DNA from: Sphaeroforma arctica JP610
Taxonomy: Eukaryota
Direction: 5' to 3'
Assembly (NCBI RefSeq): GCF_001186125.1
Contig: NW_014040530.1
Span: forward strand, 88,569 to 120,619
Length of the DNA: 32,051 nt
A program made the position numbers and the translations under genes. Position 1 is the first letter of the stretch, and every line of letters starts with the position of its first letter. Positions 21,601 to 32,051 of this stretch are shown piece by piece. The notes below the pieces were generated by a model. The model was not told the origin of the DNA and did not search any database. It saw nothing but the letters and a program-made list of their open reading frames with translations.

Positions 21601-24600
21601 GTTCCCTCGAATGATGTCGTTAACTTTAGGACAAGGATCAGACTCAATCGGTTACCATAGCCCTGGGATGCTAGCAGAAGACGCAGCCGCGGGCGTGCCA
21701 CTACCACCTGCGGTCGACTTGCTTGACGATGAGGCTATTTTCGGCGAGCCAATGGTAACGGGTCCCCCTGCGATGAATGTTGTCGACGATGCTGGCGCGA
21801 GTGTCAACCAAATCTCAACTGAAAGTTCGTCCGATATGCCTGCAGTCGCGGGCTCTCCGTTGCTCGGTACTAAAAAACCCATCGACTCCACCCAATCGGC
21901 AAAACCGATCTCCAGTGCCGCCGTTCGCTTTCTTGAAAGTGGGGAGAAAGCATCGGTTGTGGCAGATGATAAGGGCGAGAATCCACCACTAGAGATACTT
22001 CCTGGAGACTACGCTACAAGTCCAGCGACGTCGACAGCGCCTCCTTCGCCTGTACAGGAGCGTGCTGATACTTTAGAATCAGAAGCTGCCTACATTGAGG
22101 CCAAATCTGTGGTTTCGGATTCTGCGTCCAAGCCCACTCCATCCTCGATTGAAAATGATAGCACCATACCAAAGATTGAGGGGATCGCTGGGTCGGCAAG
22201 TGCCTTGGCAGTGAAACGCATTGCGAAGAGCGGCAGTGTATCCGGCAATGGCGTCCTATCAGGGATGTTTTCTCCGGCTCTAAGTCTAAGTGGTTACCTC
22301 GAGCACCAAAGTTCCAGAGCATCGATGACTGACCGCACTGCCCCTGGCAGTCCTGTCAGCGTGCGGTCTGTTCCTACACAGAGTTGCATTGTAGACGGAG
22401 AAAGTGAATCGGCAGAGTCAACTATGTCGGCAGATCCGCTTACCATCCATAGTGATCTGGAAAGCTATAAGGTAGGAATCGGTCTATCAAAGAGTGTGTA
22501 TGTCTCGATTGCGAGTATTGGTAATGCGTTACTTCAATCCTTCTTTCATAGTGCCTGGTGTATGCCTACTGTTTCAAGCAGTACAATACTGACATTACGG
22601 TGTTTAAATACCTTTCACAGAGTGCAGATGTCGAAAGTAATGATGTCGATTTCCAAGAGGCGGGTGTATCCGATTCAGGTATATTTGTAAAGTCCTTCTA
22701 TCCGCAAATACAGGAAACAAGGCACAGGCCACTTCGAAACTTTCGTAGCTTTGGTAACGGGGTGTCACTGTACGAGAGTTAAGGCATACTTGTTGTCTGG
22801 AGTAGTATATATCTTCGGTTGTAGATCCTAATCGCGCTATACTATCTCTACTTCATCAAGCAGAGAGCCTTCAAAATCCGAGCGACGTTGTGAAGGCCAC
22901 AATAATGATTGGTGACGTACCCATTATCCTCTTTAATACCCGACGTTTATCAAAAAAGGTATGCAAGACTTCAGGCGAAAGTTATTATATAAAAATATTT
23001 TTTCATTCTGAAAGGCCGACACTAATGAGCACGTGACTTATGTGTGGCTGAACAGGTTTCTTTGGCTGATTTGCGCGGGGAAGAGATCTTCAATCCTGAC
23101 GCCACGGTCACAGACGACGAGTCGCCGCGCACTATAGACACAATTTCCGAGAAGGAGGACGATCATGATGATGAGAGTTATATGTTGACCGCACATACGC
23201 AAGGCCGGAGATCAACCGATGTATTGATGCACGCGGGAAGCGCTGACAGACTGATTTTCGCTAAGAAGAGCCAACTGAACAGAGACAGCTCGAATTTACG
23301 CAGCAAGGCCTCGAGTGTTAGCCAAACTCACCAGCCTTTTCAACCCACAAAAGTTCTGCGCCGGCATAGCCTGTGCGAGAAAAACCCCTGCGAGGAGTGC
23401 GAATCGGACAGGGTGAGCAATCAGGATGTATACTTACCCAACACGGAGGCCACGGCTAGTAAAGTGAATGACGACAAGATGACTCTACAGATGGGAAGTT
23501 CTACGGGAGCCAATGCAACTTCAAAGGTGTCAAAAATCCAAAGTCAAAGAAAACTTTCCGACGATATACTTTCAGATATTGACATCGCAAACAAGGATAC
23601 AAAATTGCCTTCTACGGTAGTGGATACACTTCCGTCCACTTCGAGTCATGTTAACACACAGAGGGAGGATGCAGGGCTGGAAAGCACTATTCTGAAGTCA
23701 ATTACAGAAGTGTCGGACGCAACGTCCGCTCGTATTAGTGATCAAGAAGTATGTGACGGAGCAACTGAGGTCTTCGATTATTGTATGATCTGTTCTAGTG
23801 GTGCATGCATCGTATAGCATCTGTTCTCAACCTTCCCTGACCCACCCAGTTCGTTCTCGATTTGTGATGGGTGACTGCGCATTCAGGTGGCGTTACTTTG
23901 GCGTATATTCTCGCTTTGAAGGGTAGTATACTGTGGTTTACCGTGTGTGGGGCTGAGGTAGGCTATTGTCTGATCAATCACAAGCTGCGTTTTCTTTGCA
24001 TGGCCATGGGCTACGAGTACTGATTCTTCACTTAATTCACGCTAAGCTCGTGGGATTACACGTCACTTTGATGAGCGATATCGACGAGTTGGTCATGTTC
24101 TGGAACACCGAGTTGCGACGAGCATACGCCTCCTCAATCTCAGCAAAAGATACTCCCACAAAGTCTGTAAGTGTTATCAAGCAACTTTTTTTTCTTCATT
24201 TCGTCAACAGGTATCGTCAGTCTAATGATACGAACATGTAATGTGCTCTTGAGTGTTTCGCCTACTTTTTCGCCTTTCAACTCTGCTGAAGTACTAAACA
24301 TCTAAGACAATACAAACGTAAGGCCAACCTACCGCAATTCACATTCTGACTCATCTGTGGCGTTTTGCATGATATTGCAGCCGAAGAATGAGGGACACTC
24401 CAGATGGAACACGCCCGTCGAGTTCGTAAGTTTCTTTGCGACCAAATGTCGGGTGGTTGTGATTGTTCTATTTCTCTTGGATGAAAGCAATTTATCATTG
24501 CCTTGTGCAATTTTGATCAGGAATAAAATTTGGAGGTCTGACCAGAGGATGATACCAAAGTAGATACATGGAATACCGGCAACTTATCATATCACATGTA

Positions 24601-27600
24601 TCACATGAAACTGTAAGTTTCAGATCAACCTACCCTTCGAGATGAACGATCCGAATTTCGACCCGGCTGTGGAACTGGGCACGTCTCCCACCAGCTCGAT
24701 CAAACAGGACGCGAGACAGCCAACTAGTTTTTTAAATGTCGGCAGCGTTATGGCTGCGGTGCAACGCGCCCGATCTTCTTCGTACCAGGTACGGTTTGTG
24801 TATATGCAACCGAGTCGTATCCGGCCGTTGCACAAATTGAGGTCAAACATTGTTTTATTCTCCAGTTTGGGTTGCTATTCTCAATCAATTTTCCTGTTTT
24901 TTTCAGAATGAAGACGAAAAGAAGAATGAGGTAGATAATGGAACATCACGTGATATGGGACACCTCAGGTGAGTACTTCGGATGTGAGCACCATCTTTGC
25001 GCCTCTTTTCCTCCATAAAGTCCACATATCGCCAATCGATCTCTTTGAATTTTTATTTTGTTGCCACGGACACCACATAGACTAAATCCGTGATACTCCG
25101 ACCTCACAGGGGCAAAGAGAACGTGCTACTTAATTCGGGGTTGATCACACCCGAGGAAGCCATCCACAGTAGGTCACGATTTATGACAACTGCTCATATT
25201 GAAGGGTTACAGAGCGATGCTTACTTCGAAGACTGGAGCGATTTACTGCTTAGCCCTCGCAATGACCAATTCAGTGTTGTCAATTTCGATTTAAATACTA
25301 TGGACCTAACACCAAACGCGGTTATGAGCCCAACATCCATCACCAACAAGTCTCCATTCTGGCGCATCTCGAGTAAAGTCACGGAACTAGATGACAGCTT
25401 GATATCTGCTGAGGCCGTAGCGCTGCTGCCTCGACGGAAATTCGGACAGAGTCTGGAGGAAGTCACACAGGTATTGTAGTGATAGTAGGTCCTTGTTTTG
25501 GTAACGACAAATCTTTCTCGAATATGGCTTATTGTCTGATTTATGAGTTTTTGTCAACTTGCTAAGGCGATCAGCTCTATTGTTGGCACAGGAAATTGGG
25601 ACTCAAACACCGCCGCAAGAACAGCGGGCCCCGGTGAGTTCTCGCAATTTCGGCTCGCTGATGTCGAGAATCAGAGCGGGAACTTCCGATCCGATAGCTG
25701 CGATGACTCATGGTATCGTCCCGATGGACAACTTTGTGACATCCTCAATTAATCCTAGGGCTGTGACTAGCACTCCTGCGCGGTTTGAGACAGATGAAGC
25801 GCCAGCAGCCCCAGGTATGTTATGGTACTAAAACGGTGTCGGATCCTTCGCATACATGACAAGTAACAATTTTTGAACGACGCTCTCATTGCTGAGTGGT
25901 GGCCTATTGTTGCTTTGTGTAGGCACCACCGGGGCGAGTGCAATGTAGCATAGAAGCTAGCGGCTTTTAAAGAATACGACAACACCTGATATATAGTCAG
26001 TTGCGTATAGGACAGTGAAAGCCACAGTGAAGAACAGTTGACGAGCTCCAGATTTTAGCAGCTCAACTTTGCAAAATTATGTTGTATATGCGGCTGTTTG
26101 TTAAGTGTGAAAATGTACCATTATTACTACATTGATGCCATCAGGGACGGGGGAGGCCTCAGACATATATATCGAAATAGGTGATCAGTCCGACAGCTCA
26201 GCATTGCGCGCTCTTGCAAGTCAACCACCGCCAATCTTTGCGATGAATACGGATATCACCCCAAGCATATCAGATTTGGGAAGTCAGATTGTCCCCAAAA
26301 GATCAGTCTCACCTCGGTCCTCGACCCCATCCGCCGAACCGCCGCGACCACCCCTCACGCCAATACCGTCGCAATCGCAAGATTTCTACGACTTTAGCCT
26401 TCTAGACTCGGTCGCAGCAAAAAAGATCAAGGACGATATGGAAACCCTCTGCCGATCAATCACGCGCAAGACCCAGCCGCCTCCAAAACAACAACTGTCC
26501 GTACCATCCTTGTCCAAAGCTCACTATCAACTTCCTGCCACCGAGCTCCCTTACATAATGCTGATAGACGACGAACCAAGCACACTTATAGCCTATTTCT
26601 TGGCCTCTATGCCGTATCGGAAGAAACTGAACGAGACAATGACCGTACGCCCGAGAACGGAGTCGAGCGCTAGTGGCTACAACACTGCGGGCAACCCTAG
26701 TGTATTTGAGAATAGAAGTCCATCCGCAGCAGGTGGCGAGAATGCGAATGCGGCCGAGCCAAACCCAATGAAGCCAGTCATGACCAAACAGAAGACAGGC
26801 GGTGGGCCACCAGACGCCAGGAAAGCGTCCAGGTTAAAAAATGTGCACAATATTGCCAAGGTAAACGGCGTTAAGGCAGGCGGCTCCGCGCTTCGAGACA
26901 CTAGCAACGATCTTATGAAGCCGAATTCAGAAGTTTTGGATGAGAAGGTGACTGGGAGAGCGGATCGACAAGGAGTACTTAGCAAACTGGATCTCTCTAC
27001 TAACACACCCGAGCGTACCACTCAATTGCGATACACCAGTGTGTCACCATCACCAGCGCCCACCACAGCGTACTTCAAGACGGCGTCGCAGCAGAAGAAG
27101 TCCCAGGGCAAACAGCCTAAACATAGTATCGCCTCACAGGCGCCCGTTCGCATTCCCTATACCTCCATTGGAGGCGTCGATGCGCCTTCAGTTATGAATA
27201 TGATCAACAACCGGGGCCAGTACTCTCCGAATTCGGGAATGCTGCGAGTGCCAGCGGATACCAGCAACGGCGTGGGGAGCGTTGCTAATATGCTGGGTGC
27301 GGAGGAACCTATAGAAGACTCTCCTTCATTCTCAGCCGACGGACAAGACCGCAAAGGTATCTATCTAGGACTTTGAATAGTGCGATTTGAGCTGTGAGTT
27401 GGCTTTGGAAGGCTTCTTTACTTCATTTTAGTTTAATCGCGTTCTGTCAGTACATCGAGTTACTTACGTATAACTGCTATGTACTATCGTATTGTTGCAC
27501 AGGTTCAGAATCTCCGCACATACAGCTTCAGGTTGTGGACGACACGACTGTATTTGGCATTAGAATAGTCTGGGCGCGCCGATTCCATCGTCTGCGAGAG

Positions 27601-29970
27601 CTGTGCACCGAAGGAGAGGACAAGTTCATCCGCTCGTTGTCTCGCTGCGCTGTATGGGAGGCCACGGGGGGCAAAAGTGGGTCGACTTTCCTACGCACAT
27701 TGGGTATGGATTATTATGGGGCGTCAGGGCTTTTTGTTTTGTTTTGGGCGGGGGTGTGGTTTGATCCTTTAAACTACCAAACTGCACTTATCTTGTTGAG
27801 GTACCGCCATGCTCAACAGAAATTGTCTTTCGCAGATGGAAGATACGTCTTGAAACAAATGTCTCGCGTGGAGGTGGCGTCGGTCATAGATCTCTCCGAA
27901 GCCTACTTGAAGTACATGTTCGAGAGCATCAGAGCAAATGTAAGTCTACTATGTAGCTCATTGATTGAAGAACCTGTGATCACTTGATTAAGAGTGACCG
28001 ATAATTCCGGCTGTGGTTTTGTACCACTGATTGGGCTCTTGGATCAACTGTACCCAAACCTAACAACCATACTACACTGTCCTCTCGCATAGCGTCCCAC
28101 TGTGCTGGCTAAAGTGCTCGGCATTTACCAGATATCGATGGTGGATCGGAAAACAAGTAAAACAAGCAAGGTGGCATTCATAGTGATGGAAAATGTATTC
28201 TACGGACGCAAAATCGATGTGGCTTTCGATCTCAAGGTGTGTCTGCGAAATTAGTGTCTCGCTATCGTATTCCTGCACGGATATGCCAGTGCCTTATATT
28301 TAAGCAATGCTTGGAACCCTATACCCTGTATTCATGCTATGTTTTTGAACGTTCACATGGGCGAACATATCTATCCATATTTCATTTCCAAAAAGCGTTG
28401 CATGCTCAAAGAACCGGAAGTAGGGCCGCTTTGTTCGCTAAAGTGATGCTGTTACCGTTGTTGAAAAACTAACAACAAATTCATTTGCACAGGGTTCACA
28501 AAGGTCACGATACGCCGAGACCTCCGACAAAAACGCAGTACTTCTCGACGAGAATTTCGTAGAATGTAAGTGAGAGGCATCCAAACCTCGTTCTCAAATC
28601 CACACGCCCATCATCCAACACAGTCGAGTCAGGTTTCATTTCTGCTATCTAGTCTCGAGTCTGGCCACCCGATTTTAAAACACACCTTTGTAATTTCTTC
28701 AGCTCTCCGTCATGGGTGTACTTCTCCCACTACATATTGCAATTTACACAACACATTTGTTTTTTTCTTCTGGTTGTAGCATTGATAAACTTACCTCCTG
28801 ATTCAATTCAAACACCAGTCATCACAGACACACCGATATACTTGCGCGGCCACACAAAACTTGTTCTGGAGACGGCTGTTGCGAGCGATGCGCTCTTTCT
28901 GTGCAACAACAACGTCATGGATTACTCGCTTCTAGTATGTGGTTTCTCAGCACTGTCACCTTTCGCTTGGCCATTTCCAATGCTTTAATTTTTCATTTCT
29001 AGTGTGTTGCTTAAGGCATTATTTTTTGATCGGCTTTGTCCAATACTATGATCTTACTTCGAGTAAGCAAAAGTTCTTACGTTGTTATCATCTGCCCGGC
29101 CCTCTTCAATGCTATGATATCTACTTTTTCAGCTTTGATGGCTGACGTCTGAACTCATCCTCTTATCTTTCACTTACCACAGATAGGGATCAACTACGAG
29201 AGTAAAGAACTGGTGGTGGGAATTATCGGTATGTAGAGTAGTGATACTGTACCACTCGAATGGGAACATCGAATCTGTAGGAGTTCAGTTGGAAAAAGTG
29301 AGCTGCACTGATATCCTTTTTTCTTCTTCCTAATACAGACTACATCAGGACGTACACTCTAGATAAGAAAATGGAGACCTGGGTCAAGTCTAGTGGAATT
29401 CTTGGAGGGAGTGGTAAGATGCCAACCGTCATCTCGCCCAACCTGTACATGAAAAGATTTCGTACTGCTGTTGAGGTATGAATGTCCACTTCTTGTGTCG
29501 CTGTGTTAAGATTTACCTACATACAGCGTTGCCTGTTCAATGACGTATACCGGTATATATATATATCGCGGTCGTATGCTCTCGATTTTGCAAGCTCTGA
29601 GTTCCGATGCTTGAAACTCATAGTCAAGTTTTGTAGAGTGAGTTGTTGTTAAGCTGAGTGGTCCTTTGCCGACGAACCTTTCACTATAGCGCCACGCATC
29701 GGAGCGACTTCAATCGAAACAGATAATATGCTCATTTTCGGTATCTTCTCGCTGGGGTTTGTGTAGGACTATTTCATAAGGCTCCCCGATAAGTGGACAG
29801 GGAAAACAATACCTTTGAGTTACCCAGATCTGTACCGCGACCTCAAGGGGCCCGCTACGGAGGCTACAAACAACACAACACTATCTCCTGCAGTACAGAC
29901 TGATAGCGACACTGCACGTGCTAAGACACATTCAGCGGGAGATGAGAAGGAGAAAGCGCGTATGATATAA
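9668..29970 (+). CDS. PIKFYVE: 1-phosphatidylinositol-3-phosphate 5-kinase PIKfyve/Fab1 (FYVE, DEP, CCT/Cpn60-like, Cys-rich region, PIPK), ~37 exons, ~3,860 aa
   Basis: Hand-built phase-consistent exons: 9668-9810, 11037-11170, 11475-12229, 12397-13153, 13641-13830, 14018-14419, 14737-15338, 15531-15721, 15895-15993, 16123-16278, 16410-16478, 16597-16671, 16911-16982, 17256-17558, 17769-18011, 18285-18345, 18510-18656, 18773-18922, 19494-22471, 22621-22678, 22864-22958, 23056-23748, 24047-24166, 24381-24425, 24624-24788, 24907-24968, 25110-25470, 25592-25814, 26145-27356, 27503-27703, 27836-27939, 28093-28236, 28493-28565, 28819-28934, 29183-29228, 29339-29475, 29767-29970. FYVE: WAPD..C..C..FTTFRRRHHCRICG. 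DEP: RFRLKTYSNCFVASDFIDWLL. CCT: MDIRQWIKTK..HKKMRTDITNPRILLL. Also WCMSFGKFLEL and DEPSTLIAYFLAS. Kinase: GGKSGSTF, FDLKGS, VLLDENF, VMDYSLL, GIIDYIRTYTLDKKMETWVKSSG. The 5' end (9668 versus ATG 11005 or extra exons) and the small exons in low-complexity regions are less certain. Confidence 0.92.
17070..17117. repeat. Perfect 24-bp tandem duplication in a PIKfyve intron
   Basis: AATAGTGAATCCTGGAGTACATAA occurs twice head-to-tail (17070-17093 and 17094-17117). Confidence 0.95.
19165..19432. repeat. Three diverged ~88-bp tandem copies (minisatellite) in a PIKfyve intron
   Basis: The core ATGG(G/A)ATTC(G/A)TGGTAG(T/C)ATT(A/G)CATACATATA(C/T)TCCTG starts at 19185, 19273 and 19362 (periods 88 and 89). 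Confidence 0.9.
21281..21352 (+). repeat. In-frame 36-bp coding tandem duplication (PLQGTQDEDTGD / PLNGTQDEGTDD) in the large PIKfyve exon
   Basis: CCTCTCCAAGGTACTCAAGACGAGGACACGGGTGAC is followed by CCTCTCAACGGTACTCAAGACGAAGGCACGGATGAC. Confidence 0.9.
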
Positions 29971-30386
29971 CTGTTTTGTATTTATTTGAAACATCGAATC
30001 TAACGCGATCATTCTGATCCCATTTAGTAGGCTCAAATGGTGCCTGAGCTTCCTGGGCTTGTTTGCAATCTTCAGAAAGGGAATTAGATCTTTTTGTGAA
30101 TAAAATGCTTTCAGGAAATATGAGGATCTTCGCATCCAGCTAGCACACAATACACCAGCAAGTGCAACAGCGACATTCTGTCGGCCACAAATTGCACTGT
30201 CAATCCTAACGAGATAGGTACTTTCTTTTAAAGTGGCGATGGCTTCCCGCTCGATCAATACCCAAGTACCTTAGCGCCTTTCGGCTTCACTGCGAGCGGC
30301 CCGAAATGCAATACTGATTTGTCCACTACATGTATGTCATGTATACGCATTTGCATTTGACGCAATCACCGGCACACCAGCACACC

Positions 30387-31975
30387 TCAGAATTTGACGT
30401 CATCGGGATACTGAGAGTGCAGCCAACTCTTCGGCAAAAGCCGATTCATTTTAAACTTGGAATAGAAGTGTTTTTCCAGCAGAGGATGTTCGATGGTCGT
30501 CACGCGGCCAATGTACAGATCGAGGTCATCTTGACAGAGATAATTCACGTTAGGGCTACTATGCTCACCCAAATTAGAATCTGGACCCATGGAATGGGAC
30601 AGGGAGAGGATATACCGTACAAATTTGGTGAGACAATAATATGGCATTGTAAATCGCAGTAGACCCAAAAACACATTATGTCACCACAAAGCAACCATAT
30701 AGACTACTACACCTTATTACCATATGAATCACCGCTGACGAAAAGAAGTGTTAGTACAGCAGGCTCTACAAGTTACGGTGGCAGAGCTTTCGATTTGCAC
30801 ATACTAGTATCTTCAGGTATTGCCTGCCCCTTTGAGGTGTCCCATAACACCCGGTAATGTGGCTTCAGCTTGTTCTCCGACGAGACAGCCGGAGCTTGCA
30901 TTGTGTAGTCCCATCCCACAATCACACCCAGATGGGGCATCTCCCGTTCATCAGTGGTCAGATGGACCACATCCCCTATCCTGTACGAGATGTCATATCT
31001 GAACCTCAGATACCTGTCATGGTGCGAGAGAATAACAGGTCAGTGAATATACGCGAGCCAATCAGAGAGTCAGCGCCGCAATGATGCTGTCGCAAAACGA
31101 GACACAGCGAAATTGTCTCATACGATTGCTCAGGCAGCGATCGTTTGCACATCACCTTGGGTTCTGTGCAAACCCATAGAACGACGACAAGGGCGGATTT
31201 GCCGCCGTCTCTAGAGTCCAATCAATAACATCCACCGCTTCCCGTGGACCCTGGTAGTGAGAGGGGTTGTCTATGTCGCCATTGATATAGAGCAGTAAGC
31301 TAGGGAACGCGTGTATGTTGTGTCTGGCGACCAGCCGAGGGTGTATCGTCGCGTCCATCTTGCTGACCAGCGTGTCGTTGTTGAACGTTTCGTTGGTATG
31401 GATTGACTTGGCTATCTGGGAGGCGGGAAATACAGAGGTATGGATGGATACATACGGCCTTGAGCTCGCTTGGATAGGGAATATCTAGGATAGAGATACG
31501 AGAAACAAATATTAGACATGACTTCGAACGAACAAAAGAGACTGCCGTGACTCGAATTCGCAGTACCAACACGTAGAAAATGTATACCTCACTGTACGTA
31601 GCTTCGAAATTCTTGCAGTGTATACACCAGGGTGCGTAAAAATTGACCAGAACATTCTTATACTGATGCAAGCCACGTCGAAAATTCGCTGCGTCTAATT
31701 CTAACGCTTCTGGCCCCTAGACAGAACGTGAAAAAAAATGTAGACAGGTTATTATTTAATTTACAAAGATCATAAATACAAATTACTTTAACTGTTGTGA
31801 ACTAGAACGACCCGCAAATCCTGTGATGTGGACATCCAGTCTTGGTATCTCATGCGCAATTGAAAATAAATAAAAAACTATGTATGCGTGAGTACCTGTA
31901 CTTTCCTAACATCCGCAGCATTAGCGATGTCACAGGACAGACTGAAGCTCGAAACAAGCACTTTTTGTGTGAACC
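30387..31975 (-). CDS. Thioredoxin/PDI-like domain fused to a YccV/HspQ (hemimethylated-DNA-binding-like) domain; 5' end probably outside the window
   Basis: Phase-consistent exons ?-31896, 31716-31588, 31415-31156, 31013-30805, 30580-30387. Trx part: ELDAANF..VLVNFYAPWCIHCKNF..KMDAT..IHAFPSLLLY..YQGPREAVDVIDW. YccV part: YRIGDVVH..GVIVGWD..KPHYRVLWD..YLCQDDL..IEHPLLEKHF..WLHSQYPDD. The upstream exon boundary (~31975) is tentative. Confidence 0.8.
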
Positions 31976-32051
31976 TATTATCACATGACCATAAAATTCA
32001 GAGACAAAAGGCCACAGTAGATTGCAAGGCAATGTATATAAATGTATATAA

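Noticed and set aside
19565..22690. The 1041-aa ORF as an independent gene or mobile element
   Set aside because: It has no ATG start of its own (GTG) and no RT, transposase or integrase motifs, and it is bounded by in-phase splice sites linking it to PIKfyve exons.
30387..30389. Terminal TGA of the thioredoxin-YccV gene as selenocysteine
   Set aside because: It falls just after the YPDD motif that ends YccV-like domains and is not in the CxxC site. I saw no convincing SECIS.

Overview
Eukaryotic, intron-rich nuclear DNA with GT-AG introns; no prokaryotic operon, CRISPR array, rRNA, tRNA or recognisable transposon. I assembled five protein genes by hand, checking splice phases. (1) A fungal/plant-type cystathionine beta-lyase (+, 1091-2724, 4 exons). 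(2) An intronless GATA zinc-finger gene (-, 3039-4058) whose finger, trailing four-Cys motif and upstream RKQ..P...GV motif resemble animal ZGLP1. (3) A tRNA G26 N2,N2-dimethyltransferase TRM1 (-, 6281-9200, 6 exons). (4) A giant PIKfyve/Fab1 PI3P 5-kinase (+, about 9668-29970, about 37 exons, about 3,860 aa; FYVE-DEP-CCT-long insert-PIPK). (5) A 5'-incomplete gene (-, 30387 to beyond 31896) fusing a PDI-type thioredoxin domain (WCIHC) to a YccV/HspQ-like domain. A 1.3-kb compound microsatellite separates the GATA gene from TRM1. A DEP-containing PIKfyve and a ZGLP1-like factor together with cystathionine beta-lyase (absent from animals) suggest a unicellular holozoan, possibly an ichthyosporean; this is inference only. 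The best leads are the ZGLP1-like gene, the thioredoxin-YccV fusion, the expanded PIKfyve and a three-hairpin GC-rich element in the TRM1/PIKfyve divergent promoter. All homology calls come from remembered motifs, not database searches.
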